From positions 1,326 through 65,325 of the forward strand of contig DATJFF010000196.1 in the NCBI GenBank assembly GCA_035495795.1: DNA of 64,000 nt, given 5' to 3'. This document shows positions 26,304 through 34,233 of this stretch, piece by piece. The position numbers were made by a program, and so were the translations under genes. The notes under the pieces were generated by a model that saw only the letters and a list, made by a program, of their open reading frames with translations, was not told where the DNA came from and made no database searches. Source of the DNA: Vicinamibacterales bacterium (GTDB taxonomy: Bacteria; Acidobacteriota; Vicinamibacteria; Vicinamibacterales; UBA2999). The stretch's first letter is position 1. Each line of letters opens with the position of its first letter.

Positions 26304-26439
26304 GGCTGCTGAAAAGCGCAGCCTGAAGTGAAAAGTGAGAGGTGAGAAGTGAGAAGCACGATCCATCCCCCGAAATTCAGAGCTTCTCACCTCCCACTTC
26401 TCTCTTCTCACTTCAGGTGCTGGCTCCTTCAGCAACCTG
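26304..26439. repeat. Near-palindromic intergenic element built from GTGARAR heptads
   Basis: The core arms 26322-26357 and 26382-26417 pair at 32 of 36 positions (31 Watson-Crick plus 1 G:U) around a 24-nt loop. The left arm is four tandem heptads, GTGAAAA GTGAGAG GTGAGAA GTGAGAA. The outer ends form small hairpins at 26304-26323 and 26414-26439. Confidence 0.8.
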
Positions 26440-26454
26440 CCAAGGAGGTGCCTC

Positions 26455-26949
26455 GTGAAGAAACTGCTCGTTGCCGTGCTCACCGTCGGCTTGCTCGCCG
26501 CCCATGACCTAGCGGCGCAGTCGACGCCCCCGTCGATTCAAGGCGTGTGGCGGATCGTCGAAGCGACCACGACCGGCCCCGGCGCCCGAACGATTCCGTT
26601 CGCCGGGCGACCCAACCTGACCATCATCACCGGCAAGCACTACAGCCGAGTCGAAATCCAGGCCGAGGGGTCACGGCCGGTTCTGGCGGATGCGGCAAAG
26701 GCGAGCGCCGACGAACTGCGAGCGGTATGGGGGCCTGTCGTCTGCGAAGCCGGAACGTATGAAGCGACAAAAGACGGCCTGATCACGATGCGTCCGATTG
26801 CCTCGAAGAACCCCGCGGTAATGGGCGAGGGCGTATTCATCACGTACGCCTACAAACTGGAAGGGGACACGCTGTCATTGACGCAGCAGCGCAACCAGAA
26901 CGGGCCGTTCGCCAACCCGTTCTCGCTCAAGTTCGTGCGGGCCGAATGA
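26455..26949 (+). CDS. Secreted lipocalin-like domain protein (paralogue A)
   Basis: GTG 26455 follows AAGGAGG. Signal peptide MKKLLVAVLTVGLLAAHDLAAQ. The IQGVWRIVE...GKHYSRVEI pattern is lipocalin-like. It is a paralogue of 36344..36853. Confidence 0.75.
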   Translation: MKKLLVAVLTVGLLAAHDLAAQSTPPSIQGVWRIVEATTTGPGARTIPFAGRPNLTIITGKHYSRVEIQAEGSRPVLADAAKASADELRAVWGPVVCEAGTYEATKDGLITMRPIASKNPAVMGEGVFITYAYKLEGDTLSLTQQRNQNGPFANPFSLKFVRAE

Positions 26950-26956
26950 CCGCTTC

Positions 26957-27943
26957 CTAGAATCGAAGCCCGATCTTCACGACGAACTCGTTGGTCCTGT
27001 TCAACGGCTCGTACGCGCCGAGCTGCTCCTGCGCGGTGATGCCGTTGACCGTATACGTCGCCGTCTCGTAGCTCACCGGCGAGTCACTGACGTTCCAGTG
27101 GATGTACTGGGGCTCCACCGACCACTGCCTCGTCATCTGGTACTTCGCGCTGGCGCGCAGCGCCCATCCCGAATGCTGATCGAACGACACGTCGGTGAAT
27201 CCCTCGATCGTGAACGCCGGTGCGGTCGCAGTCGCCGGCACGTCCCCGCCGCCCAACTGCGAGTCGCGCGTGGTCTGCCAGCCGTGCAGCAGGTGGTCGT
27301 ACTCGAGGCCGAAGCTCAGTGCGTTGTGCGAAGCGACGATGGTGCGGGCTGTGATGCCGAGCGGCAGATAGAGATATTCGTCGGTGCGGTATCCATTGAC
27401 TCCGGCGATGCCATTCGACAAGTGACGGATGCCCAGGCCGACATCCGGCGACCACGCCCATCTGTCTCCGATGAAGTCCTTGCCGACCAGCGCGCGGCCC
27501 TCAACGTACCAGTCGTTGTCGCCGCTCTCGCTGCACGGCGACGGCTCGCCAAGATCCAGCGCGTAGCCGTTTGGCGACCTGCTGTCGGGAGTGATCAGGA
27601 ACGGCGAACACCATCCGTCGTAGGTGGTGTGGCCAAAGAGGCCTTTCGCCTCGGCCTGAAGAAACCAATGCCGAGCCGGGTTGAGTGACATCGTGCCGGT
27701 GTATTCGCCTCCGAACTTCGGGCCATGGATCGAGATGCTCGTATCTCCCGGCTCGACATACTTGTATCCGCCCACGCCGAAGCTCACTTCATGGCCGACC
27801 GGCGTGGCCAGGGTGCTCTCAACAGGGGCCGTCACCGGCGATTGAGCGGATCCGGAAGTCGAGCCGGACGTTTGCGCGAGCGCATGGAATGGGATGAACG
27901 CGGTGAGACCCGCGAGCAAGAGCTTCCTCAAACGACGTGACAT
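26957..27943 (-). CDS. Outer-membrane beta-barrel protein
   Basis: Lies within ORF 26957..27991, starting at ATG 27943. Signal peptide MSRRLRKLLLAGLTAFIPFHALAQ. The aromatic-rich alternating strands end in ...VVKIGLRF, a terminal Phe typical of OMPs. Confidence 0.75.
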   Translation of the reverse strand: MSRRLRKLLLAGLTAFIPFHALAQTSGSTSGSAQSPVTAPVESTLATPVGHEVSFGVGGYKYVEPGDTSISIHGPKFGGEYTGTMSLNPARHWFLQAEAKGLFGHTTYDGWCSPFLITPDSRSPNGYALDLGEPSPCSESGDNDWYVEGRALVGKDFIGDRWAWSPDVGLGIRHLSNGIAGVNGYRTDEYLYLPLGITARTIVASHNALSFGLEYDHLLHGWQTTRDSQLGGGDVPATATAPAFTIEGFTDVSFDQHSGWALRASAKYQMTRQWSVEPQYIHWNVSDSPVSYETATYTVNGITAQEQLGAYEPLNRTNEFVVKIGLRF

Positions 27944-28020
27944 GAAACACCGCCTCGGCAGGCAGTCGCGCTGGCATTTCGATCCTGGCACAACTCCGCG
28001 TGCTCAGCGCTTCGTCCGGG

Positions 28021-28497
28021 TCAGCCTCGCCGCGCTGCTTCGATCGTGGCAACGTCGATCTTCTTCATCGGCATCATCGCCTCGAAGGCACGCTTCGCCT
28101 CGGCGCCCCCGGCCGCGAGCGCATCGGTCAGCACGCGCGGAGTGATCTGCCAGGAGAGCCCCCAACGGTCCTTGCACCACCCGCACGCGCTCTCCTTGCC
28201 GCCGTTGCCGACAATCGCGTTCCAGTAGCGGTCGGTTTCCTCCTGATTGTCCGTGGCGACCTGGAAGGAGAAGGCCTCGTTGTGCTTGAACTCCGGGCCG
28301 CCGTTGAGGCCAAGACAGGGGACGCCCAGAACGGTGAAATCCACCGTCAGGACGTCGCCCTTCTTGCCGCCCGGGTAGTCGCTGGGCGCCTTGTGAACGC
28401 CGGTTACTTCGCTGTTGGGAAACGTGGCGGCGTAGAAGCGCGCCGCGTCATGGGCGTCCTTGTCGAACCAGAGGCAGATGGTGTTCTTTGGTTTCAT
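28021..28497 (-). CDS. VOC/glyoxalase-superfamily protein (PhnB / 3-demethylubiquinone-9 3-methyltransferase-domain type)
   Basis: MKPKNTICLWFDKDAHDAARFYAATFPNSEV...FTVLGVPCLGLNGGPEFKHNEAFSFQV...ETDRYWNAIVGNGGKESACGWCKDRWGLSWQITP matches this family closely. Confidence 0.85.
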   Translation of the reverse strand: MKPKNTICLWFDKDAHDAARFYAATFPNSEVTGVHKAPSDYPGGKKGDVLTVDFTVLGVPCLGLNGGPEFKHNEAFSFQVATDNQEETDRYWNAIVGNGGKESACGWCKDRWGLSWQITPRVLTDALAAGGAEAKRAFEAMMPMKKIDVATIEAARRG

Positions 28498-28541
28498 GAC
28501 TCCGGTATGAAACTACCCTTCGAGCCCACGGCTCAAGTGGC

Positions 28542-28850
28542 TCACGCCGCGTTGGGCAGCTTGGCCCCGAGCACCTCGACGCGCTCGATGACCGGCGGTG
28601 ACGCCAGCAGGTCCGGCGCCTGCGCCATCAGCGCCTGCGCAATCGGTCCGCTGAGGTGGGCCTGCCGCCCGGCCTCATCGGCGAACGCGTCGAACACCCC
28701 GAAGGTTGACGGCCCGAGCCGCAGCGCAAACCAGACCGGCGTCGTCGCCTCCAGTCGCGCGAGCTCGAGGCTCTGCGCGAGAAACGCGGCCACCGCCGCT
28801 TCCTTCCCCGGCTTAGCTTCCAGACGAACGAACAAGCTCAGTTTCGGCAC
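28542..28850 (-). CDS. ABM-domain (antibiotic biosynthesis monooxygenase-like) protein
   Basis: 102 aa: LSLFVRLEAKPGKEAAVAAFL...TPVWFALRLGPSTFGVFDAFADEAGRQAHLSG is the typical ferredoxin-like ABM pattern. Confidence 0.8.
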   Translation of the reverse strand: MPKLSLFVRLEAKPGKEAAVAAFLAQSLELARLEATTPVWFALRLGPSTFGVFDAFADEAGRQAHLSGPIAQALMAQAPDLLASPPVIERVEVLGAKLPNAA

Positions 28851-29013
28851 TGTCGAATTCCTCCTGGCCGCGGCTCCACGCCGCAGCCGAATCCGACATT
28901 ACCGAGTCGCCTGGGAATGGCACGAGTGGCAAGATTGTCACTTTTGGTAGTGATACTGCCAAGCGGTCCCACGGTCTTGACCGGGGCCAGCACTGTCCAC
29001 ATACTATCTGTTC

Positions 29014-29367
29014 ATGTCAGGTATCAACGCGCGCGCTCTCGACCGGGAGCTCAAACGCGGATCCGCGGAGCTGCTGATTCTCTCGCTGCTCGATGCCCGT
29101 CCCCGGCACGGCTACGACCTGAGCAAGCTGATCGAAACGCGATCCGGCGGACAGCTGAAGTTCCACATCGACTCGCTGTATCCGCTGCTATATCGCCTCG
29201 AGGAGCGCGGCTGGATCAAGGGCACCTGGGTCGAGAAGCCGGACGAGCGGCGCCGGCGCTTCTACAAGGTCACGGCCGAGGGGCGCCTGGTGCTCGCGGA
29301 GCAGCGACGCACCTGGGAAGCGTTCGTCGAAGCCGTGCGTCGCGTGACCGGAGACGACCATGCCTGA
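29014..29367 (+). CDS. PadR-family transcriptional regulator (copy 2)
   Basis: LLILSLLDARPRHGYDLSKLIE...LYPLLYRLEERGWIKGTWVEKPDERRRRFYKVT. TACTAT (29002-29007) lies 6 nt upstream of the ATG and there is no SD. Confidence 0.9.
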   Translation: MSGINARALDRELKRGSAELLILSLLDARPRHGYDLSKLIETRSGGQLKFHIDSLYPLLYRLEERGWIKGTWVEKPDERRRRFYKVTAEGRLVLAEQRRTWEAFVEAVRRVTGDDHA

Positions 29368-32047
29368 CTGGAAGGCCGAAGTGCGGGCGCGGCTGTCGCC
29401 GCTCCAGCTGTCACCGGTGCACGAAGCAGACATCGTCGAGGAGCTGTCGCAGCACCTCGACGATCGATACCGCGAGTCCATTGCCGGTGGCGCGTCACCA
29501 GAAGAGGCGACCCGCCACGCTCTTGCCGGCTTCGAGGGCGGTGACGCGCTGTCGCGGCATATCGCGGCTCTCCGCCAGACGAACGCTCCGCTTCCAGTCA
29601 CACCGGCGGCGCCCACCGGCCGCGCATTCGGGGATGTCACGCAGGACCTCCGCTATGCGCTGCGCATCCTCAAACGTCAGCCGGGATTTGCCGCGACAGC
29701 GATTCTGACGCTCGGGCTCGGCATCGGCGCGACCACGGCGATTTTCAGCGTGGTCTACGGTGTCCTGCTGAAGCCGCTGCCGTTTCGTGACCCGGACACG
29801 CTCGTCGCCCTGCTCCATCGAGGGCCGGGCGTGAACCTGGAGACGATGAACCAGGGCCCGGCGACCTATCTCACGTATCGCGACAACCAGCGCGCGTTCG
29901 AGGCGACCGGCGCCTGGGACACCAATCAGGTGTCCGTGACCGGGCGAGGCGATCCGGAGCAAGTCGAGGCGCTGTCAGTCACAGACAGCACACTGCCTCT
30001 TCTCGGCGTGCAGCCGCACCTCGGCCGCCTGTTCAACTCTGAGGACACCGCGCCGGGCCGGCCGCTGCGGACGATCCTCACCTACGGCTACTGGCAGCGT
30101 CGGTTCGGCGGTGACGACAACGTGATTGGGCAGCCGCTGACCATCGACGGCGCGGCGACGGTCATCGTCGGCGTGCTGCCACCGTCGTTCAGATTCCTGC
30201 GGACCGACGCCGCTCTGGTGCTGCCGATGCAGCTGGACGCCGCGACCGCGTTCCGCGGCATCAACTTCGATCGCCAGGCGCTGGCGCGATTGAAGCCGGG
30301 CGTCAGCCTCGAGCAGGCCAACGCCGACATCGCCGGGATGATCGCGCTCCTGCCGGAGTCCTACGGCGTGCTGAAGCTGGAGCCGAAAGTTCGTCCTCTT
30401 GTCGAGGAAGTTGTTGGCGACATCGGACGCATGCTCTGGATTCTGCTGGCCGCCGTAGGTGGCGTGCTGCTGATTGCCTGCGGAAACGTCGCGAACCTGT
30501 TCCTCATGCGCGCCGAGGGGCGGCAGCAGGAACTGGCGATGCGAGCGGCCCTCGGCGCCAGCCGGGCGCGTCTCGCGCGGGCCCTGCTGTCCGAAAGCGT
30601 GCTGTTGGCGCTCGCAGGTGGCGCCGTCGGCGTGGTGCTCGCCGAAGCCGCGCTCGGGGTGCTCAGAACCGTGGCACCGGCCGAGCTTCCTCGCGTTAGC
30701 GAGATCGATATCGACGTGACCGTACTGTCCTTTACAGTCCTCATCTCCGTGCTGAGTGGCGCGATATTCGGCACGATCGCGGTCCTGAAGTTCTGGACGC
30801 CGCAGGCGACAACGCTCAAGGAGGGTGGGCGCTCGAGCAGCGACGGACCGGCCCGGCACCGCACCCGGCACATCCTGGCGGTGTCTGAAGTGGCGCTGGC
30901 CCTGACGCTGCTCGTCGTGTCGGGGCTGATGATCCGTACGTTCGTGGCGATGCGGCAGATCGATCCGGGCTTCACACGGCCGAAGACCGTCCAGACGTTC
31001 CGCGTTGCCATCCCGCGGCGTCTGATCACCGGCACGGAGCAGGTGGCGCGAGCACACCAGAACATCGCCGAACGGCTGGCGCAGGTGCCCGGTGTCACCT
31101 CTGTCGGTCTCGCGTCCTCGATCACCATGGACGGGGAAGACAACGCGAACCCTCTTTTCGTCGAAGATGCCGCTCCGACCGAAGGGACGCTCCCGCCGCT
31201 CCGGCGCTACAAGAGCGTCGGACCCGGTTTTTTCGAAGCGATGGGCAACCGTATCGTCGCCGGCCGCGCGATCACGTGGGCCGACGTGTACACGCGGCGG
31301 CCGGTGGTGGTGATCAGCAGCACGCTCGCGCGGGAGTACTGGCACGAACCCTCGAGCGCGCTCGGGAGGCGGGTGCGGGGCGGGGGGTCAGATGAATGGC
31401 ATGAGATCGTTGGCGTGGTTGGCGACGAGCGCGACGATGGACTGAATCATCCGGCAACGGCCGTTGTCTACTGGCCGATGGGGAGCAGCAACTACCCCAC
31501 GCGAACGATGGCGTACGCGGTGCGTTCGGACCGCGTCGGCGCCGTCGGCTTCATGCGCGAGGTTCAGCAGGTCGTCTGGTCGGTCAATCCGGACCTGCCG
31601 CTCGCGGCGGTGCTGACGCTCGACGAGATCCAGGCCCGCTCCATGGCCCAGACATCGTTTGCGATGGCGATGCTCGGCATTGCCGCCGTCGTCGCCGTGT
31701 GCCTTGGCCTGGTCGGGATCTACAGCGTTATCGCGTATATGGCGGCGCTGCGGACGCGGGAGATCGGCATCCGGATGGCGCTCGGGGCACGGGTCCGGGA
31801 CGTGCGGACGCTCTTCCTGCGACAGGGTCTTCGCATGATCGTCCTGGGGATCGCCCTCGGCGTCGTCGTTTCGCTGGTGCTCACGCGGCTGATGGCGGCG
31901 CTGCTGTTCGGCGTCGGCCCGATGGATCCGGCGACGTATGCCGCGATGTCGGTGACCCTGGCAGCCGTGGGACTGCTCGCGTCGTATCTTCCGGCAAGGC
32001 GTGCGTCCCGCGTCGACCCGGTCACGGCACTCCGCGCCGACGTCTAG
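29360..32047 (+). CDS. ADOP-type duplicated FtsX/MacB-like permease (copy 2)
   Basis: 895 aa. It overlaps the padR-2 stop by 8 nt. It has two FtsX halves and ends YLPARRASRVDPVTALRADV. Confidence 0.9.
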   Translation: MPDWKAEVRARLSPLQLSPVHEADIVEELSQHLDDRYRESIAGGASPEEATRHALAGFEGGDALSRHIAALRQTNAPLPVTPAAPTGRAFGDVTQDLRYALRILKRQPGFAATAILTLGLGIGATTAIFSVVYGVLLKPLPFRDPDTLVALLHRGPGVNLETMNQGPATYLTYRDNQRAFEATGAWDTNQVSVTGRGDPEQVEALSVTDSTLPLLGVQPHLGRLFNSEDTAPGRPLRTILTYGYWQRRFGGDDNVIGQPLTIDGAATVIVGVLPPSFRFLRTDAALVLPMQLDAATAFRGINFDRQALARLKPGVSLEQANADIAGMIALLPESYGVLKLEPKVRPLVEEVVGDIGRMLWILLAAVGGVLLIACGNVANLFLMRAEGRQQELAMRAALGASRARLARALLSESVLLALAGGAVGVVLAEAALGVLRTVAPAELPRVSEIDIDVTVLSFTVLISVLSGAIFGTIAVLKFWTPQATTLKEGGRSSSDGPARHRTRHILAVSEVALALTLLVVSGLMIRTFVAMRQIDPGFTRPKTVQTFRVAIPRRLITGTEQVARAHQNIAERLAQVPGVTSVGLASSITMDGEDNANPLFVEDAAPTEGTLPPLRRYKSVGPGFFEAMGNRIVAGRAITWADVYTRRPVVVISSTLAREYWHEPSSALGRRVRGGGSDEWHEIVGVVGDERDDGLNHPATAVVYWPMGSSNYPTRTMAYAVRSDRVGAVGFMREVQQVVWSVNPDLPLAAVLTLDEIQARSMAQTSFAMAMLGIAAVVAVCLGLVGIYSVIAYMAALRTREIGIRMALGARVRDVRTLFLRQGLRMIVLGIALGVVVSLVLTRLMAALLFGVGPMDPATYAAMSVTLAAVGLLASYLPARRASRVDPVTALRADV

Positions 32048-32154
32048 CGCCGGCCGCGGCATTGCCGGGTCTGCAGCTGTAACGAAATCCGCTCCTGGTG
32101 ACACATAGGGGGTAAGAGCGCGGAGCACATGACGGTCCGCGACAGGAGGCCCCC

Positions 32155-32634
32155 GTGATCACCCAGAACCGCAGGCACTATCTCAAGACCAGCCAGGATG
32201 TCGCGTTCCAGTTCTTCGGCTCGCCGACCGTGCTGCACGCGACCAGCGAACAGACAGACGCTCGATTCTGCCTGTTGGAACAGCTCACCATGCCTCCCGG
32301 GCTTGCCTCTCCGTACCACAGACATCACAACGAGGACGAGGCGTTCTACGTGCTCGAAGGCCAGATGCGCTTCGTGTGCGACGGCGAGTGGATGAACGCC
32401 GGTCCCGGAACCTGGGTGTACGGCCCGCGCGACATTCCACACGGCTTCAAGGTCGTCGGCACCGAGCCTGCGCGGATGCTGCTGCTGTGTGCCCCGGCCG
32501 GCTTCGAGAAGTTCGTGGTGGAACTGTGCGCGCCGCTCGACGCGGCGCCCGCGCCGCCCGACATGGCCAGGCTGGCCGACGCGGCCGCCAGATTCAACAT
32601 CGACCTGCTCGGCCCGCTACCGGAAGAGGCGTGA
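32155..32634 (+). CDS. Cupin-domain protein
   Basis: GTG 32155 follows AGGAGG. Cupin motifs SPYHRHHNEDEAFYVLEGQ and GPRDIPHGF are present. Confidence 0.8.
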   Translation: MITQNRRHYLKTSQDVAFQFFGSPTVLHATSEQTDARFCLLEQLTMPPGLASPYHRHHNEDEAFYVLEGQMRFVCDGEWMNAGPGTWVYGPRDIPHGFKVVGTEPARMLLLCAPAGFEKFVVELCAPLDAAPAPPDMARLADAAARFNIDLLGPLPEEA

Positions 32635-32671
32635 ACCCGAGTGGTCCGCAGCTCTCTTACAATGATGCCCG

Positions 32672-33211
32672 ATGACGGTTGGGCTGAGCGACGCCGATCT
32701 GGCGTTGCGAATCGGCCATGGCGATCGGGAGGCCGAAGCGGAAGTCTGCCGGCGGATGGCGCCGCGCATTCACCTCTACGGCCTTCGCCACTTGCGGTCC
32801 GCGCCAGCGGCTGACGATCTCGTTCAGCAGGTGTTGCTGGCAATGCTGGAAGCGTTGCGGTCCGGGAGGGTGCGCGATCCGAACAAGCTCGCTCACTTCG
32901 TGTTGGGGACGTGCAGGATGACCGTGGCCGGCCTGCGCCGCAGCGCGCGCCGCCAGGAGCGGCTGCTGGCGGAATTTGGCTCGGCGCTGGTGCCCGACCA
33001 GCCAACAGCGCCTCGGCTCGATGACGCTCAGCTCGCACGCTGCGTCCAGGCTCTCAGCGAGCGAGAGCGGTCGGTGGTCGTCCTGACCTTCTACGACGAG
33101 CAGACCGCGGCCGAGACGGCCGCATTCCTGGACACGTCGGAGTCCAACGTCCGTGTCATCCGTCACCGCGCACTTCGGCAGCTGCGGATCTGCATGGAGG
33201 CCACGTCATGA
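32672..33211 (+). CDS. ECF sigma factor (paralogue 1)
   Basis: Region 2 reads DDLVQQVLLAMLEAL and region 4 reads LSERERSVVVLTFYDEQTAAETAAFLDTSESNVRVIRHRALRQLR. TACAAT lies 8 nt upstream of the ATG. It is a paralogue of 44947..45531. Confidence 0.85.
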   Translation: MTVGLSDADLALRIGHGDREAEAEVCRRMAPRIHLYGLRHLRSAPAADDLVQQVLLAMLEALRSGRVRDPNKLAHFVLGTCRMTVAGLRRSARRQERLLAEFGSALVPDQPTAPRLDDAQLARCVQALSERERSVVVLTFYDEQTAAETAAFLDTSESNVRVIRHRALRQLRICMEATS

Positions 33212-33819
33212 CCGCCGCTGGGTCGGGGCACGCCGGCTGTTCGAGTCCGATCGATGAGGCGGCCCTCATGGACTACTGGCTGGCAATCCTGCCGTCCGCG
33301 GACGAGGAGGCCGTCGAAGAGCACCTGCTCACGTGCGACGACTGCGGGGACCGCTTGCGCGACGCGATTGCGCTGGCGGAGGGCCTGAAGAAGCTGGCGC
33401 GATCCGGTTCCCTGCACGTCGTCGTCAGCGATGAATACCTGAAGCAGGCTGCCAGAACGGGCCAGCGGGTGCGAGAGTACGCGGCGCCGCCGGGAACCAG
33501 CGTTCAGTGCACCGTCACCCTGGACGATGACCTGCTGGTGGCCCGTCTGGCCGCGGACCTGAGCGAAGCCGCACGCGTCGATCTCAGCTGGTGCGATGCG
33601 CAGGGCGTTGAGCTCCTGCGCATGACCGACATCCCGGTCCGGAACGACGCGCCCACGGTCCTCTGCCAGCAGTCCATCACCATGGCGAAAGCGTCGCCCT
33701 CGAATACTTTGATCGCGCGTCTCGTCGCTGTCGATCCGGAAAAGGGCGAGCGCCTGCTCGGCGAGTACGCGTTTCATCACACGCGAACGATTCCCGGCCC
33801 TGGTGCGCTTGATGTTTGA
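33208..33819 (+). CDS. Soluble ZAS-type (zf-HC2) anti-sigma factor with unassigned C-terminal domain (paralogue 1)
   Basis: The ATGA start overlaps the sigma stop. The ZAS residues are C11 ... H39-x3-C43-x2-C46 (EEHLLTCDDCGDRL). No hydrophobic TM stretch is present. About 150 aa of unrecognised C-terminal sequence follow. Confidence 0.75.
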   Translation: MTAAGSGHAGCSSPIDEAALMDYWLAILPSADEEAVEEHLLTCDDCGDRLRDAIALAEGLKKLARSGSLHVVVSDEYLKQAARTGQRVREYAAPPGTSVQCTVTLDDDLLVARLAADLSEAARVDLSWCDAQGVELLRMTDIPVRNDAPTVLCQQSITMAKASPSNTLIARLVAVDPEKGERLLGEYAFHHTRTIPGPGALDV

Positions 33820-33954
33820 GCTGCATGGATGAGCCAGCTCGGAAGTCATTCGGGCCCGCGACTCCATTTGCTATACTCCGCCGCCAGCGACGAACCGCTC
33901 CGACGAGCGCGCGCCGTCCAGCATCCAATCTCATTTCAAGACAAGGAGCGCTCC

Positions 33955-34209
33955 GTGCTATTCCACATCACGCAAGTACACACTCCGGAAACGTGTCCCC
34001 GCGATGAGGGAGGCTCGAACACGCTCTACGACCCGAACGTTCCCGGCGTCAAGCTGATCGGACGTTACGGCGCGAACGCGCAGCACGTCCTCTTCTACAT
34101 CGTCGAAGCCGACGACGCGATGGCGATCCAGCGGTTCCTGTGGCCTGGTTTCAAGCGGAGTACCGCCACGGTCACGCCGGTGATCGAAGTGCCTGTCTCC
34201 AAGAAATGA
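33955..34209 (+). CDS. Small hypothetical protein (84 aa)
   Basis: Lies within ORF 33829..34209. GTG 33955 is 6 nt after AAGGAG (33943-33948). The product begins (M)LFHITQVHTPETCPRDEGGSNTLYDPN...FLWPGFKRSTATVTPV. No confident family assignment. Confidence 0.5.
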   Translation: MLFHITQVHTPETCPRDEGGSNTLYDPNVPGVKLIGRYGANAQHVLFYIVEADDAMAIQRFLWPGFKRSTATVTPVIEVPVSKK

Positions 34210-34233
34210 CCGGCACGCAGAAACCGGCGGCAT

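Noticed and set aside
26322-26417. The tandem GTGARAR repeats considered as a CRISPR array or a coding repeat.
   Set aside because: The repeat unit is only 7 nt with no spacers. The second block is the inverted complement of the first. No cas genes are present. It is better described as a palindromic element.
28940-28975. An imperfect inverted repeat (TTGTCACTTTTGGTAGTGATA and flanks) upstream of padR-2, considered as a third clean operator.
   Set aside because: Only about 5 of 6 core positions are complementary, and the arms do not extend. This is much weaker than the perfect palindromes at padR-1 and padR-3, so it is not reported as a feature.
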